Part shown: piece after piece, positions 10,718-25,324 of the stretch | Layout of the letters: each line of letters begins with the position of its first letter | Position numbering within the stretch: the first letter of the stretch is position 1 | DNA from: Chrysomallon squamiferum | Taxonomy: Eukaryota; Animalia; Mollusca | Assembly: GCA_012295275.1 (NCBI GenBank) | Contig: CM022671.1 | Location: forward strand, 5,208,001 to 5,272,000 | Direction: 5' to 3' | DNA length: 64,000 nucleotides | Notes under the pieces: generated by a model | Database searches by the model: none | What the model saw: the letters and a program-made list of their open reading frames with translations, nothing else | Told to the model about the DNA's origin: nothing | Program-made: the position numbers and the translations under genes

Positions 10718-13612
10718 AAACATCTAATCATCATTAATAAGATTTTTAGAGAGGGAGATTACTTATGCAATGTATGAATATACATGTGTGTATCTATTTT
10801 ATTTATCTGTGTATATTCTGTATAAATTTGAGTATCTGCGTCTAATTATGTGTGATAATATGTGTTTGTTCTGACTTATCACTTTTAATCCTACCGGAAT
10901 AAATCGTCCAAAAGTTCGTATCAAAGTACGCACTGAAATATCACTTTACAGAGGGCGTGAGTACTGAGTGTCAGTTTCCACCATCGTTCCAACAGTTATC
11001 AGTGACTCGCCATTTAACATGTGCGCTTGCATGCGTATTTCGTGAACACGTGTCTCGCACGCAGTGATAAAACTTAATACGTTACTGCTTGGCCAGAGCG
11101 ACAAAACGGTTATAAATAATTTGTCTTGTGTATTTTCTATCCGGTTGAAATCGTTTAAAGATAGCTTCCGGTTTGGGATTCTGAGGCGTTCAAGTGATGT
11201 TTTATAGCGAACGTTCAAGGGAAGATTGTGAATTTTGATGTTCGTTCCTGTTTTTTCACGTTTCGTTTCGATAACCAAATAAATAAATAACAAGTTATAA
11301 CAAGTTACAAATATGCTGTTGTTATATGTTTTCTTAAGCGATTGTTTGGGCGCTTTGTTATGAACTGTTTATAAACTGTACCTACAAATTCATCTTTATG
11401 GCGAATTCTTCTATATCACCAAAAAAAAAAAAAAAATAAAAAATCGAAAAAAAAATAAAAAATCAACCATTTGAAACAAGTTTGTCCTTGCACACGATGT
11501 GCATGTTTGTGCGAAAGAGAATAAACTATTTTGTCATCATCATCGTCGTTGCTGTTGTTGTTAATTATTGTATTAGCATTTATATATACCAGAATCTATA
11601 GCAAAAATAGTCTAATAATAATAAAGAAAATTACTTAATTACTTAAAAAAAGAAAAGCTAATAAATAAATAAACAAATAAAAATGACGATAAAAAACAAA
11701 TGCATAAGATATATTCAATAAAATTATAATTCTCTTGTTGTTCTTTTTTTTTCTTTCTTTTTTTTTTAATTACTCACAATAGAAGAAAAAGAAAGAAAAA
11801 ATTCCTTTCGAAATGATTTGATGCGACATTTATTGTCAGATTAAAATCTAAACACTTTTATGAGCCGCGTCAAGGAACAAGGAAAAACAATTTATTATAC
11901 AGCGTCTTTCCTAATGTTATTTCCCCTCGTGTAGATAGGCAGGCTTGCAGTTCATCTGTGAGTCACTGTGCATTGTCCTGAAACCTCCCTGTCACCCACT
12001 GTCATGTTGCAGACACCAGGATCATAAATGTTTTCAAGGACGTTTGCATCATCGAATCTAAAATTGTAGACATGTCTGCAAGAGTTTATGCGTACAAGTT
12101 GTAGTTACTGTCGACACAAACACACACACGCACACACACACGCACACACACAGACACACTTGCATGCACCCGCATTCAGGTCAGAAACACATACAGACAC
12201 ACTCACAAACATTAACAGACACATAATTCGTTTGCATGACTGTGATTTTAGTTATATAGGGCTATTGATATAATATAATATAATGTATATTATAAAATGA
12301 CAATAGGCCTGTTTGTTTAGTAGATTCATAACGACTGCAAATTTATTTCCATAATATTAGATTTTCTAGATCCATTTAAATAATTATGGTGTGTATATAT
12401 TAACTTATTTTACTTACAGCTACATTTATAAATTATACTAACAGATTTCAAAAAACACAGTGTAACCTAAAGAAAAATATTTATTAAAACCTATTTACAC
12501 ACGTGTCTTCTTGTTTACTTATATCAATAAAATGCTGTGTTTTATATTAAAAAATTATAAACAGGTGAGGAGTGTAATTTTACTGAATGAAAATAAAATC
12601 GACCGTGGTATTTTCCAGAGGAACAATTTTCTCACTGTTTCTGAACCAGATTTCCTAAAATCGTAACAGCCAAAAAAAAAAAAAAAAAAAAAAAACGGAT
12701 AAAAATCTTGCTTTGAAACTGGGCTAATGAGATCTTAAACCGTTAAATGGCCTCCTACATCGTCTGGAACAGTGTTCAATTGTTTTAATAAAATCACATC
12801 AGTGCTTGGCACTTCTCGGTCTTTAACAAGACACATTGCTTTCATTAGCTTTCGCTCGATTATCTTTCTATATATATATATATATACATCTATACACACA
12901 CACTCACAGCGTGATAAGAGTTTCTACAGTAAACACCGGAGCTCTCTGGTTTCGACTACATCAAGACGTCAGCGGAGGTTGATTGTCTTCAAAACACCAC
13001 TGCCGGAAAGAAGATATTATAACACTGATCATCGCTTGATTGATACGCTTTACACTTGGGCGGTCAGTTCCGGAATGGGCTTCCGCTTAATCCGAGGTTT
13101 TAGGCCGGCCCTCAGGTATGTCCATCACCGTGCTTTATCCCGTGGCGTTGCCAGAGATAAAAAAAAACAAAAACACACAGTGGCTGTTGAGCCGGCCGCC
13201 GTCCGTAACGACCAAGCGAGCAATAACTTGAACGTACGAACGGCAATTTGTCAGTTTTATTGGTGGGTGCTTGCTGGGGACGGTTGTCTTTGCGTCTTAT
13301 TGCCAATTACAGAGACGTTTGCGAGAAATATACGAGAAGCATCATCCGCTGAAGATATATGAATCACCATTTCAGACAGGTGGATTACAATTTCAGATGT
13401 CTATCCATGCCTTTTTATTCGCCTCCTCGTTCTGTTACTGTCCGACTTTATTATTAACACAGATTGGACCCAGATATATGGAAACAATACAAAATAAAAT
13501 ATAAATAATAGAATAAAATAAAGAGTAAAGCAAAATAAATAATAAAATATAAAAATTAAAAACACGAATCATACTACATTTATTTATCTAAACTTTTATC
13601 GGCGCCACAGAG

Positions 13613-13650
<38 letters not shown>

Positions 13651-14113
13651 CACCCACATACACATATATATATATAAGTTATTAAATTATGCTCGCACTA
13701 AGACAGATACATTTTAACCTTGTTAAACTTTACCAGATACTGATAGGGTTCTTCGTTTTCTCCGGTTTGTTTTTGTAATTTCCTCCCTGATTGCCTGCCA
13801 CACCACAACATCTAAAATACGCACAAGACTATCTCAAAGGAATCTTTGTTTATTTGTGCCAGGTAAAATAAACACGTTCTTCCTATAACATCATAACCCC
13901 ACCCGTCTTAACTTTGCACCTATGAGCTGATAACACAGGTAAGTGATACCAGGTGTACAATCCACAGATTTACGCAAAGATGGAGAGTTATTTTCCTCGT
14001 CTTTATTTCCGCCTCATCTTTGGCGATCCAGACGAAAGCCACATGTAACGAATTATTCTTTTTATTTCTTGTTTTTTTCTTCTGAACAACAACAATAACA
14101 ACAATAATAATGA

Positions 14114-14155
<42 letters not shown>

Positions 14156-14177
14156 GAGTACTGATTTGATTTGATTT

Positions 14178-14221
<44 letters not shown>

Positions 14222-14614
14222 TAAAGTTCAGTACATGAAGTCTTAACCTAAAATCAGACACGTGTCTCGAATCATATAGTATAATTATTTCAAAAACATG
14301 TCTGAATGAAATTTCTATACATCTCTGTAAACCCACACACGGATTAACCGTCTTATATTCAGTTTAGCCTATCCCCCGTTCTCTCTTGACCGATATTTTA
14401 AATAACAATTATTTTCTATCGAACTCATTTGAAAAAAAAAAAAAAAAAAAAAAAAATCATAATACCTTATTTCCGTGTATTCTCGTATTAACCTGTATTA
14501 AATCTATGGGAACGTATCCGTCCGAACTCAAAAATAACCCTACATGGATGACTGTATATTAGAAAAGAAATTAAACCATGTGTTTTTCTCTGTGGTTTGT
14601 ACAATATCATATTC

Positions 14615-14880
14615 GGGATAGGTCTATAGTTCAATAGTATTCGTCTGAGTCGTAAACAGACACGGGATCGTTTCTCGGCAGCTTGTTAAACTGTGATTGT
14701 TCGTTCTAACCAATGCTTTGACTGTTTTATTAAAAGTCCCGTTAATGGGATGGTGCATATGAAAGGTTTCATTCTGCTAACCAAAAGGAGTAACGTACTG
14801 ATTGGCGGCAGCGGGTTTCCTCTCTCGGATATCATCATATGAATTAATATGTGTTGAAAGTCCTTAATAAAATGCCTATT
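14615..14880 (+). mobile_element. Degenerate tRNA-derived SINE with a mollusc-type central domain
   Basis: Core GGGATGGTGCATATGAAAGG...CTGCTAA...TGGCGGCAGCGGGTTTCCTCTCTC (14747-14826) matches a widespread mollusc SINE core recalled from memory. A related reverse copy lies at 31.8 kb. Confidence 0.6.
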
Positions 14881-15609
14881 TATTGTTTTTAAATAATCAA
14901 AATTGTTTTTACTAAATAGGTTTTATTCTTAACATTTACATTTATTATAATATAACAATGTTTATTGAATTTATTGTTGCCTATAATGCTGCAGCAGCTT
15001 CAACTGCTACTACTGTTACTACTACTTCTACATCTTTTATTACTACAACTACTTTTACTTCAACCGCACCTATTACTCTAGTTGGTGTTGTTTCCATATA
15101 TTTATTCAATTAATTTACTATTCGTTCATTCATTTATACAAGTTTATGAAAGCCTACTTCATTTGTTTCATTACATCATTTGAATTTCAAATTATACTAT
15201 GACCATTCAAAGTTATTTTCTTTTCTTTTGTCTTTTCTTTTTTTTTTTTTTTGCTCCCTTTCGGTTCTTTCTTTCTTTTTTTATTTTATTTTTATTTTAT
15301 TGTCTTTATTTTTAATTTTATTTTTTCCCCAAAGGAACACACAAATATCGCTTCACTTCCATCCCAAATGTATTTCGGTGCCTGGTTCCCGTGATTTAAC
15401 AGTAACTACGGTAATGTATCGTCGTCTTTTGACAAATGATTTCCATTTAAATTCCTCCATGGCGGATCTCTGGAGACAGAAGGCAAACCTGGTCACGCAA
15501 GCTAGAGATAACTGAAATCTACGACTTTACCAGATTGGTTCGTCCAGAGCATTTATGCTCCCGTGTCACTTAAATTTCGTATATCTCATTCTTCTATCTT
15601 TTCTTACAT

Positions 15610-15646
<37 letters not shown>

Positions 15647-15723
15647 ATCTTTGACCTTTGTTTGCTTTCCTTTTCTTATTAATAATAATAAAACTAAAGA
15701 AATTACTTTTCTTTAATTTTATT

Positions 15724-15808
<85 letters not shown>

Positions 15809-16716
15809 CCATGGAAATATATATTCGTCTTTGTTTTTGGCTTTCATGGGGACTGTTTTATTGTTGGATAGTGATTAAACACACTATTATGTTTTTCGTT
15901 CAGTTAAACAAGGAATCTCGCTATCCTAATTAAACTATTATTTTTAAATTTGATGAAAAACAAACCTCGATAAATTTTCAATTAGTCACTGTCTGTGAGT
16001 CACAACACTGTCCCGGATTTGTTTTTCAATGTCTGCTCCCATTGTTTGCATTAACTCTTTTAATTGGCTTTGTTTAGACACACAAACATCGCCATGGAAG
16101 AAAAACGTCTGCTGATAATGGCATTAAACTAAAAGTAAACACGCGGTCACAGACAAACGTTGTCTCTTCTGTCTGCGACAAAGATGTAGGGCACGATAAT
16201 ACAGCAAACTGTATCAGCTTATTATTACGCGTCACGTCTGCGGGTGTTGTCAGGCTAAATAGTTCATTGTTTTCCCTCCAAACAGAACGGAGGGCGCGGG
16301 AAAGTGTGACGTCACGGCGGCGGGTTGTCCAGCGATGCCAGAAGCGAAATGTCGACCCAGTATTTTTTTTTTTTTGGCCTGTAAATGTATATCAGTACAA
16401 CAACAGTGAAACATTCCTGGAGATACTAAACCTCCCACGGTTTTATCGTACTTCCTGTCTGCACGTTCTTCTAGGGCCGCTTGTCACTTTACAAAGAGCC
16501 ACCTGTTGTACTGAGTTTTCGTTCTTGATTTTGAATCACTATTTCGTTTTGAAGTTAACCTGTTAGCTTCAGATGTAAAATTTATTTGTATGAAACTTGC
16601 AAAGGTTGAATTAAATTATTTATATAAATTTTGGTGGTATATGCATGTTTGCTGTGTGTATGTTTAAACGAATTACAGATAGACTTATTTTCATTTAGGC
16701 CTATACACGTCAATCC

Positions 16717-16777
<61 letters not shown>

Positions 16778-16857
16778 GACAACGACCACGACGACAGCAA
16801 CAACAGCAGCATCAACAATAATACTACTACTCATTCTTCTTCTTCTTTTAATTATTA

Positions 16858-16915
<58 letters not shown>

Positions 16916-17148
16916 ACAGAGGGTTAGTTTATTACTTCTATCTGTATTAAGTAAGAAATAATTTAAAAAACTAAATCTCTACCCAATAACTGACGGCTCA
17001 AGGTGAGAGTAACTATTTTTACTGCTAATAAAAAGTTCGAACGGTTCGACCTAGAGTTATCTTTAAGACAGATTTGGAAGTTGATATTCAAATTTAGCGA
17101 AAGAGAGTTAGGCATGCTGCTTTAGTAATTAGTAATTATTTATTTATT

Positions 17149-17182
<34 letters not shown>

Positions 17183-17384
17183 ATATTATTTATTATTATT
17201 ATTTTATTTAGTTTTTGTCTTATTACATTTAAGCGACTAACTCATTTACTACCGTGAATGTAAGTATGTGTGTGTGAAGTAGAGAGAATGAATAATATGT
17301 ATGTATCTGCGTAAATGCATGTGCATAGATATTTAGTTTGCTTTGCTGTAAGAGAATATGTGCACGTGCAGAAATAGCTCATAT

Positions 17385-17446
<62 letters not shown>

Positions 17447-17614
17447 ATTTATTTGTTCACAGTTTCATTTTCCATTCACAATCCGTTTCTACAGGAAAAC
17501 GAAACAGAAACAAATTGTAGAAAATGCCTTTCATGGTTTATTTCTAAATAAAACGTTACTCTTGAATTTCAACATTTCATCAAAGTTTCGTCCAAAAAAG
17601 AACTGCCCTAAAGT

Positions 17615-18176
17615 CAGAGGCGTGGCCAGGTTTTTAAAGTTAAGGGGAGCGGACAACACAAAAAAAAAAAAAAAAAAAAAAAAAAATAGGCGCCATTACA
17701 CGTACAGAATATGTTTTAAACTCATTATCATTCTTATTTTGTTATTTAAAATCAAAACATTTTTTTTATTTTTTTTTAAAAAGAAAAAGAGAAGAAGATT
17801 AGAAATATAATAACATTTAACGTAAGTTGAAAAACACACACACACACAAAAAAAACCGTTGCAGTGTGTAAAATGCATGATGCAACTACAAGAAACTCTT
17901 TTGTTCAGCCTTCTTTCCAGCAATATCCATTACTTTACTGCAGTTCACATCACTTGCCGACTCGCTTTCAACGGAGGGCAAAGATAACGCAGGCTATATT
18001 TGCTTACAATATTAAAATTAAAATAAAATAAAATATTTCAGAAATAATAAGATTTGACTTTTATCGCGTAAGTGAACTGGGTGCTTAATTATTGTTGAAA
18101 AGGCGCCAGTTTTTAAGAATGTGCTCATGGGGAGAGATTGCTCCCTTGATCCCCCCCCCACCTCTCTCTGCCACTA
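17615..18176. mobile_element. Possible decayed non-autonomous DNA transposon (MITE-like)
   Basis: GC-rich left end CAGAGGCGTGGCCAGGTTTTT...GGGG and right end TTGCTCCCTTGATCCCCCCCCC...TGCCACTA around an AT-rich body. TIR pairing is imperfect. Confidence 0.3.
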
Positions 18177-18568
18177 TAATATACTTGATAGTGACTCTAT
18201 TTTAGATTTTTATTATGCGTAGGAAGAAAGCGCGCGCGCGCGCGCCGGGTTAGAAATCTGGCATCTTGCCAATTTTATGCAAGAAGAAAAAGCTCATCCT
18301 TGTATCTGTCTCATTCTCTCTATTTTTTTATTTCTTTCTTTCTTTTTTTTTTTTTTTTTAAAAGTAATATGTTTACTTCGAAAGAGCCAGACTCTGCCAA
18401 CTGCAAGGAAACTACAAACTGTATAATGTATTTTCTGTTTTAATCTGAATGTATAAAAAAAATGAAGCATCATGCCGTGATTTTACAAGTTCGTGCAGAA
18501 AACAGACTTTTAAAAAAAACAACAAAAAAATGTTCGTATCGGCATTTCACAATGTAACGTGTAGATTG

Positions 18569-18582
18569 CCGCCAGAGGGCGA
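18569..18582 (+). promoter_or_regulatory. CTCF-like motif
   Basis: CCGCCAGAGGGCGA compared with consensus CCRSYAGRKGGCRS. Confidence 0.4.
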
Positions 18583-19608
18583 TGAAAGGACGTTTGTTTC
18601 AAGGTTATTGTAACATGAATGGCTTTAAGATCGAATCCTGAAACCATCATCATCGTAATCAGGGAGATTTAAGACCATTTCTTGATATCTTCCGTCTACG
18701 GATGTTACTAACTTTTTAACATATCTACAATAACAAAGGCAATTATCCAAAATTAACCTTAAAAATATACTAGTTGACATTATTAACTGACTGACTACAT
18801 CATCCATTAATAATAATACTAATAATAATGAAAATGGTAATGATGGCCATGATGATGATAACAACAACAACAACAACAACAACGACAACAATAATAATCG
18901 TATTAACAATGATAAATTTTTTATTTATTTAAGCTGTTTGTTAGTACCACTGTACTTAAAGTTCAGTCTTCTACATTAAATAATTAAAAAAATACGTAAT
19001 AAAATAGAAGAAGAAGAAGAAATGATGATAATAATAATATTAATTTAGATTAAAGTTAGAAGTTTTAATTATGACACATAGCAGTCAGCTTTTTAAGTTC
19101 GTTCAGGATATTAGTTTTATGATATCCGTAATCCTCAATGTAATTACATTACAACTCCCTATGTGTGACGTAAAACAAAGATGGCGGTATTCATTTATGA
19201 CATGCGTCTGCCAGAATGATTCATAATTATAGTGATACTAGGCGTGGGGATGTTAAACCCCGTTAGTCAGAGACGGAATGAAAAATAACCGCGCCTCTTG
19301 AAATCGTATCAAAGTTTTCCATATTTATACTGAGGGAGTTACCTTTAATCTTCTAACAAATATACAAACGTGAAAATATTTTTATTTTACGAATACGGAA
19401 TTGATAAAAAAAAAAAAAAAAAAAAAACCGTTTGGTAATTTATATTCCAGTTAAGTTGATTGTCCAAATACATTTTAGATAGTTTTCATGAGATTCTTTT
19501 ATTTGTTTGTGGGAATTATTTCTTGTGATCATAGAGACCATAAATTTGTTTTAGTGTATCTCTGGAGAAAAGAACAATAGCTAGATATGTTTTGTTTACT
19601 TTCACGTG

Positions 19609-19684
<76 letters not shown>

Positions 19685-20018
19685 TTTTTTATTTATTAAT
19701 TATACACGTCACCATCATTTTATGACCCGTTTCGATGTTTATCTACTAATTAGGAGCAAATTATCTTTCCTTGGTCGAGTTATCGTACTTGATACGTGCA
19801 AATTATGTGGAAACGCTGGCACTCTGCAGACACGTATGTTAGTCGAGCGTGTCAGAAACAAACATGTTATATGAACTGTTGTCTGCCGTGTAATTATTTG
19901 CGAAAGATGTAACCGTGTTTTGGTTACAATTCGTTTGAACTGACATCACGCAGCCTTCAGTTACCTAATTAACTGTTTTCGTTAAACATTATTTTCAGCA
20001 GTAATAAAGTGGAGGATA

Positions 20019-20083
<65 letters not shown>

Positions 20084-22806
20084 AATGAAGCAAAACCACT
20101 TAATCGCCGTGGGGATCAGGGTAAAAAAAATGATGTGGCGATGACTTGAAAGACGCAAAATCCTCGATTCTAGCCATTTATATTCAATAATCTTTTAAAT
20201 AAAATCTTTGCATTAAAATAACTATATATAAAAAGAAAAAAAAAAAGAAAAGAAATATGTATGTATATAATATATATAATAATAATAATAAAAATAATAA
20301 TGATAATAATAATAAATCATCAGTTTCGGTATGAGGCATTTGCATCATTTCCATAGTTACGGTCATGGAGAGAAAGAGAGAGAGTTTCGCAGTTTGAAAG
20401 ACAGACAGGCAGACAGACATACAAACAGACAGACAGACAGACAGACACATGGCTGATTCACAAACAGATCGATACACAGTTAATTTATTTAACCAGTACA
20501 CAATATTATGCTTACACCATTGCTATTAAAGTCAGCAATTAACGATATCTAACTCGTTATAATTTTGACACCATCTTGCAGGGCATCCAGCCAGAATCAA
20601 TAGCTTTAAACTGGTCAAGGTCAGAAAGTTATTGTTGCGAACTCCATATTCAGTCCTGCAGCATTTTCTCTGGTGTACGACGTAGGCAGAAATACTGACT
20701 ACGAGAACATCAAGTGATTCATAATTAATTTCATAAACGCTGTATATAAAAAGACCAAGAAACATATTGGAAAAATTGGTTTGTGGCAGAACAAACGTTC
20801 AAGACGAATTAAATACAAGAATAACATTTATTTCTATTTAAGATAGTGCTGTAGGATTTATTTTTATTTTTATTTATTTATTGATTTTTGTTGTTATTAT
20901 TATTATTTTTTCAATTCCAGTGTAAATGTTTTGACTCATTGTGTGCGTGTTTATGTCTGTATTAAAGGTATCTGCTCAGTTAGCTTTGAGTGATTGTGTG
21001 TATTGGCGTATGTGCTTGATATCTGAAAATATATATCTGTGTTTCTTTCCAAATGACTCTCATTCTGCACCTTCTTATTCTCTTTTCTTCACGCACACAA
21101 CTAGGCACGCATTCGCAGACACCTACCCTAATATACATATACACACACACACAGACTCACCCCTCCCACACACATTCGTACTCGATAACCTATTCTTATT
21201 CTTTCATTATCACATATTAACGATATTTTACACACACCTTACTACAAACAGGAAAACCAGATACGAAGTCTTTTGACTACCCAGACATGGGACATTGGCT
21301 GGATCTAAAATTACCATAATCTCACAGTAGCTATTTGCATGTCTCTCTATAATTATCTAACATACGTAATCATTTTATTTTGTTTGCAATACCTCAGAGT
21401 AATTTAAAGAGCCAAAAAAGGCGTATTCATCCAGTGACCCTTCGTGCGTTAGACTGAAGCTATTAAGTAAAGATATGAGTAATCTTCGATATATAAAAAT
21501 ACGTATTACACATGATGACGTTACAAAGTTATTTCCTATTTATCAGACTGAGTCAAAAGTTTGGGAATTTTTTATTTTAATTTTTTCCTGAGGAACATTT
21601 GGTTCCTGTCGACCTTTTATTTCATATCACGGTTGAAATATACGTCAGAAAAAAATTAAAATGTCAAGATTGATGCAGCTAACATTCAGTGATCCCATAG
21701 ATTGAATCTTGTACACTAAAATAAAATAAAATGAAATTAAATAAAGTGAAGTAAAATTTGAAGCAAAAAAAAACAACAAACGAAATCAAACAAAAAAAAA
21801 AAAAAAAACGAAAGGAAACAAAATACATAAATGAAGAAAAAAAAAGAAAAGAAACGAAACCCCCTCAAGAAAAACAAAGAATGAAACGCAAAAAAAAAAA
21901 AAAAAAAATTTTTTTTTTTTTTTTTAATTCACTGAAAAATTTAAAACAAAGGAAAACAGAACATCAGTCATCCGTACGCCCACCTTCCTCTCCGTTTGCA
22001 CGTGTTTATCACGTGCTGGTGCGCGCGAGAAAAGGCGTATGCTTCTGTATCACTTGCGAAATGCCACGTCTGCGATAGGAAATTCACAATAGGATTCCCC
22101 CAACGTCTCCGAAATAAAACGCGAACGGAAGTAATTTCTGAAGTCGTGTAGATAATGCTCTGAGCTGGTTGAATTACAGACAGCTGCAGACAGCGTGTTC
22201 GTTTATTATCATATAATAAATAGTAAGTCTGGTTAAGAAACGAACCTCAAGACCAGTGAATTCTGGGATCGAATGCTCGTTCAAGGAACTAACCAAAGCT
22301 AACTGAAGAGATGTGAATTACTACTTCCTGTCTTCCTCTTAAGTAACTATCTTACAAACTTAAATACCGTCTTAGATTATTACTTGATAGTATGTCCAGG
22401 ACACGCAGACTTGAACCTTCAGATGTTTAGGCATTGGTGTATTGATGGACAGATATTTAAATACACTGACAGACAGATCGATAGATGGATAACTAGATAA
22501 CAGTATTTGTGGCTATAACACAAGGATAATAATAACTGCAGATAGATACAGAAATAGATAAACTAATAAGCAAATACATAGTGGCAGTAGTAATGGTTCC
22601 TAATACTGTTAATAATATCAATAATTAATCTGTCCACTCCTAACATCACTCAACCTACAACTGTTTTATCGGCGGTTATAACTGTTGTGGTATTTATTTA
22701 AAGTTCAGTAGTAAAACGATTGTAATAACTACTGTAAAGTCAGAAACAGCATTTAAAAGTCGCTGTTATCATCAGATAAAAAAGAAAACGGAACTGAAAA
22801 GGAAAG

Positions 22807-22848
22807 ACAGGTGTGAGATAACACACCTGTGTGCCAGGTGGACAGGTG
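22807..22848. promoter_or_regulatory. Cluster of four CAGGTG E-boxes around a GATA site
   Basis: ACAGGTGTG-AGATAA-CACACCTGT plus CAGGTG at 22835 and 22843. Confidence 0.4.
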
Positions 22849-23302
22849 TTCGGACTGGACACAAAAAGACGTAGTGAAACCAGACCTGGCCTCTGAATGA
22901 CGAGTCTATCAGCGTTTACCAGACGAGTACGGTTAAACTGTTTTGACTTAAACATAACTGAGTTTTACTCAGCGAAATCCGAGACCTCTAAACGAAGGAT
23001 GAAACAGATTTACAACATTTGAAACGTTCTATAATTAGTTCAGAAAATGTACTTTTAGTCTAGTGCTGTTTGCTAAATGGATATTTGTTTGTGTAAACGA
23101 TTAATCAAAATATATTTGGTATTCTTTAGAATCGTTATCTTGTCTACATTTAGTTATGCTAATTAATAGCTAAATAAATATATTTAGTATACTCTCAAGT
23201 TAATTTTACATATATTTGTTTCTTTCTGAAGTAACTGTATTGGTGGAGAAATAGATAATTTTATCCCCTCTCTCTGCCCGAGATAAGAGAAGCACAGCGT
23301 TT

Positions 23303-23355
<53 letters not shown>

Positions 23356-25318
23356 CATAATCATAATAATAATAATGTTGAAGAGATGAAGAAGAAAAAT
23401 ATGATGAACGACTGATAAAAAAGAAAAGAAAAAGAACTAGTTTTTATTGGCCACAGCTATTTGCGAGGTATCAATTTTTTGTTGTTGTTTTGTTAACATT
23501 TAAAAAACATTTCATATTTCCTCTACTTCCCAGCTTATTCTAAATTTAAACCAAATATCCTTAACTTGCACATGTGCACTGATATGCAGAAAGAATGTCA
23601 AGAATGGGATTTCCTTTTCATTTTCCCAGATTCCGGATAATTAAATTTCTCAGTAATAGATAAGTATTAAATCAATGTGGCGCAGCTTACCGTGGATTTA
23701 GTTTCTAAATCAACAAATATTGACTAATAAATAAATTGGTTAGAAATCCTTCTTTTTTTTTTTGTTGTTTGTATTTTTTTTTTAAATACAATAAATCCAA
23801 ACAATTTAAATAAAAGCAGGAAATATATCTTTAATAAATTCCGTTTATTTATTTATTTATTTATTTTCGTAATCATTCGCTGCGGAATTACTGCAATCAA
23901 AAACTACTTCCTGTTCGTCTGCTCGACAGCTTGACCTGCTTCACCTGTCCATGTACTGTAAACATGTTTGCCCCTATAGACTCTTCAAAGTCAATAAACG
24001 TGATTTCACTTCCACACACGAGCAGCATGCCGTCTCGTTGATGTAGTCTATAAATGGAAACAGCAAGCGCGCCAATGCAGCACCCTTGGCTGACGCACCT
24101 ACTCGAGGCTGGAAACTCCGTCAAACGCGCCGAAACCGTTACAAGAAAACGCTTTTCGTACGGCTCGTGTGTTGTACCGAAAATAATTACCTGTCTGCGC
24201 TGTGCAGTACTGAGTGTAATTACGCAAGTCTCATTCAAGACTTTGGAATGCACTTAAACCATTCTTCGAGGTCTGATATAACGGCGGGGTGGGCGAGGGG
24301 GAAGAAAGAAAAGAAAGAAAAAAAAGAAAAAGAAAAGGCGTAATTTAGTTAACAGCTTCTCGAAATCCGTAACTTGCACCTGTGTATCCAAGTCAGCTTT
24401 TAAAACGATATTCAGTTTTTCATTTCATCTTCTCTCTCCGTTTCTTTCACATTATACTTTTATACAGAAAACTTGTGGATTAAAATGTAGTTTAAAATGT
24501 ATGACTGATCAGATATAATCATGATGCACATTAATTGTGTGAGGTGTCTGCAATAATAATAAAAACAATACCAGTACATTTAGTAATATATTTTCTCAAA
24601 ACAAATAGACCAGGTAATACTATTTTTTGTTACATATGTTCTAAGAACGTAATTTGGCTAATCAAGATAAATTATGATCTGTTTATTATCCATTTTTGTT
24701 CTCTAATCTTCAGCATGGCTTTTGTTTCAATTTCATTTTAAATATTTATTATTTAAATTTTTAACCAAAAGAATTAGAATTTTAAAAAGCTGATCAATTT
24801 AATCCATTTATCATTTTTAGTGTCAGATTTGGTATTTTATCAGTTGTGGACATGCAACACTAGTAAAAATATTTATTTCTGTACAAATAATGAAAAAAAG
24901 TGAGTTAATCTTTTTCAAATTAAAATATAAAAATGATAAATATCCAACCAGGACAATAATTCAGATATTTTTCAGCACTTCCAAAAACATATTACAGCAT
25001 GTATAATCTAAACTGTGCTGGTACTTGATAGCTTAACAAGTTGAATGTGCTGAAAGATAAATTTGTATTTCACTGAATTAATAAATCTTTGAAATGTTCT
25101 TTAACGTATTACTTCAAAACCAGTTTTGGTTCTTTGATGATCATATTTATATGACAGATTTTCAGCATCAAGATTTGATAGGTAACCAATATAGGCAAGA
25201 AATATTTTTGGGTTTTAATATGAAGTGGCACCAGAAAATCTTGTTTGTTTTAACTATAAAAACTAGCAAAAATGCTTGAATACTAATCACAAAAAGAACA
25301 CAAATAGTTTCAATAGTT

Positions 25319-25324
25319 TTTATT
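25319..25324 (-). terminator. Candidate distal poly(A) signal of dystroglycan (3' UTR about 3.7 kb)
   Basis: AATAAA on the minus strand followed by a GT-rich element (TTTGTGTTCTTTTTGTG). Other AATAAA sites exist nearby. Confidence 0.35.

Noticed and set aside
12772-13362. 196-aa ORF as a protein-coding gene
   Set aside because: Non-ATG start, crosses (TA)n and poly-A runs, no recognisable domain
21889-21925. Poly-A/poly-T palindrome
   Set aside because: Homopolymer runs are ubiquitous in this window and prone to sequencing error
23897-24343. Overlapping ORFs in the CpG-rich block
   Set aside because: Open on both strands because of higher GC content; no motif or convincing splice structure
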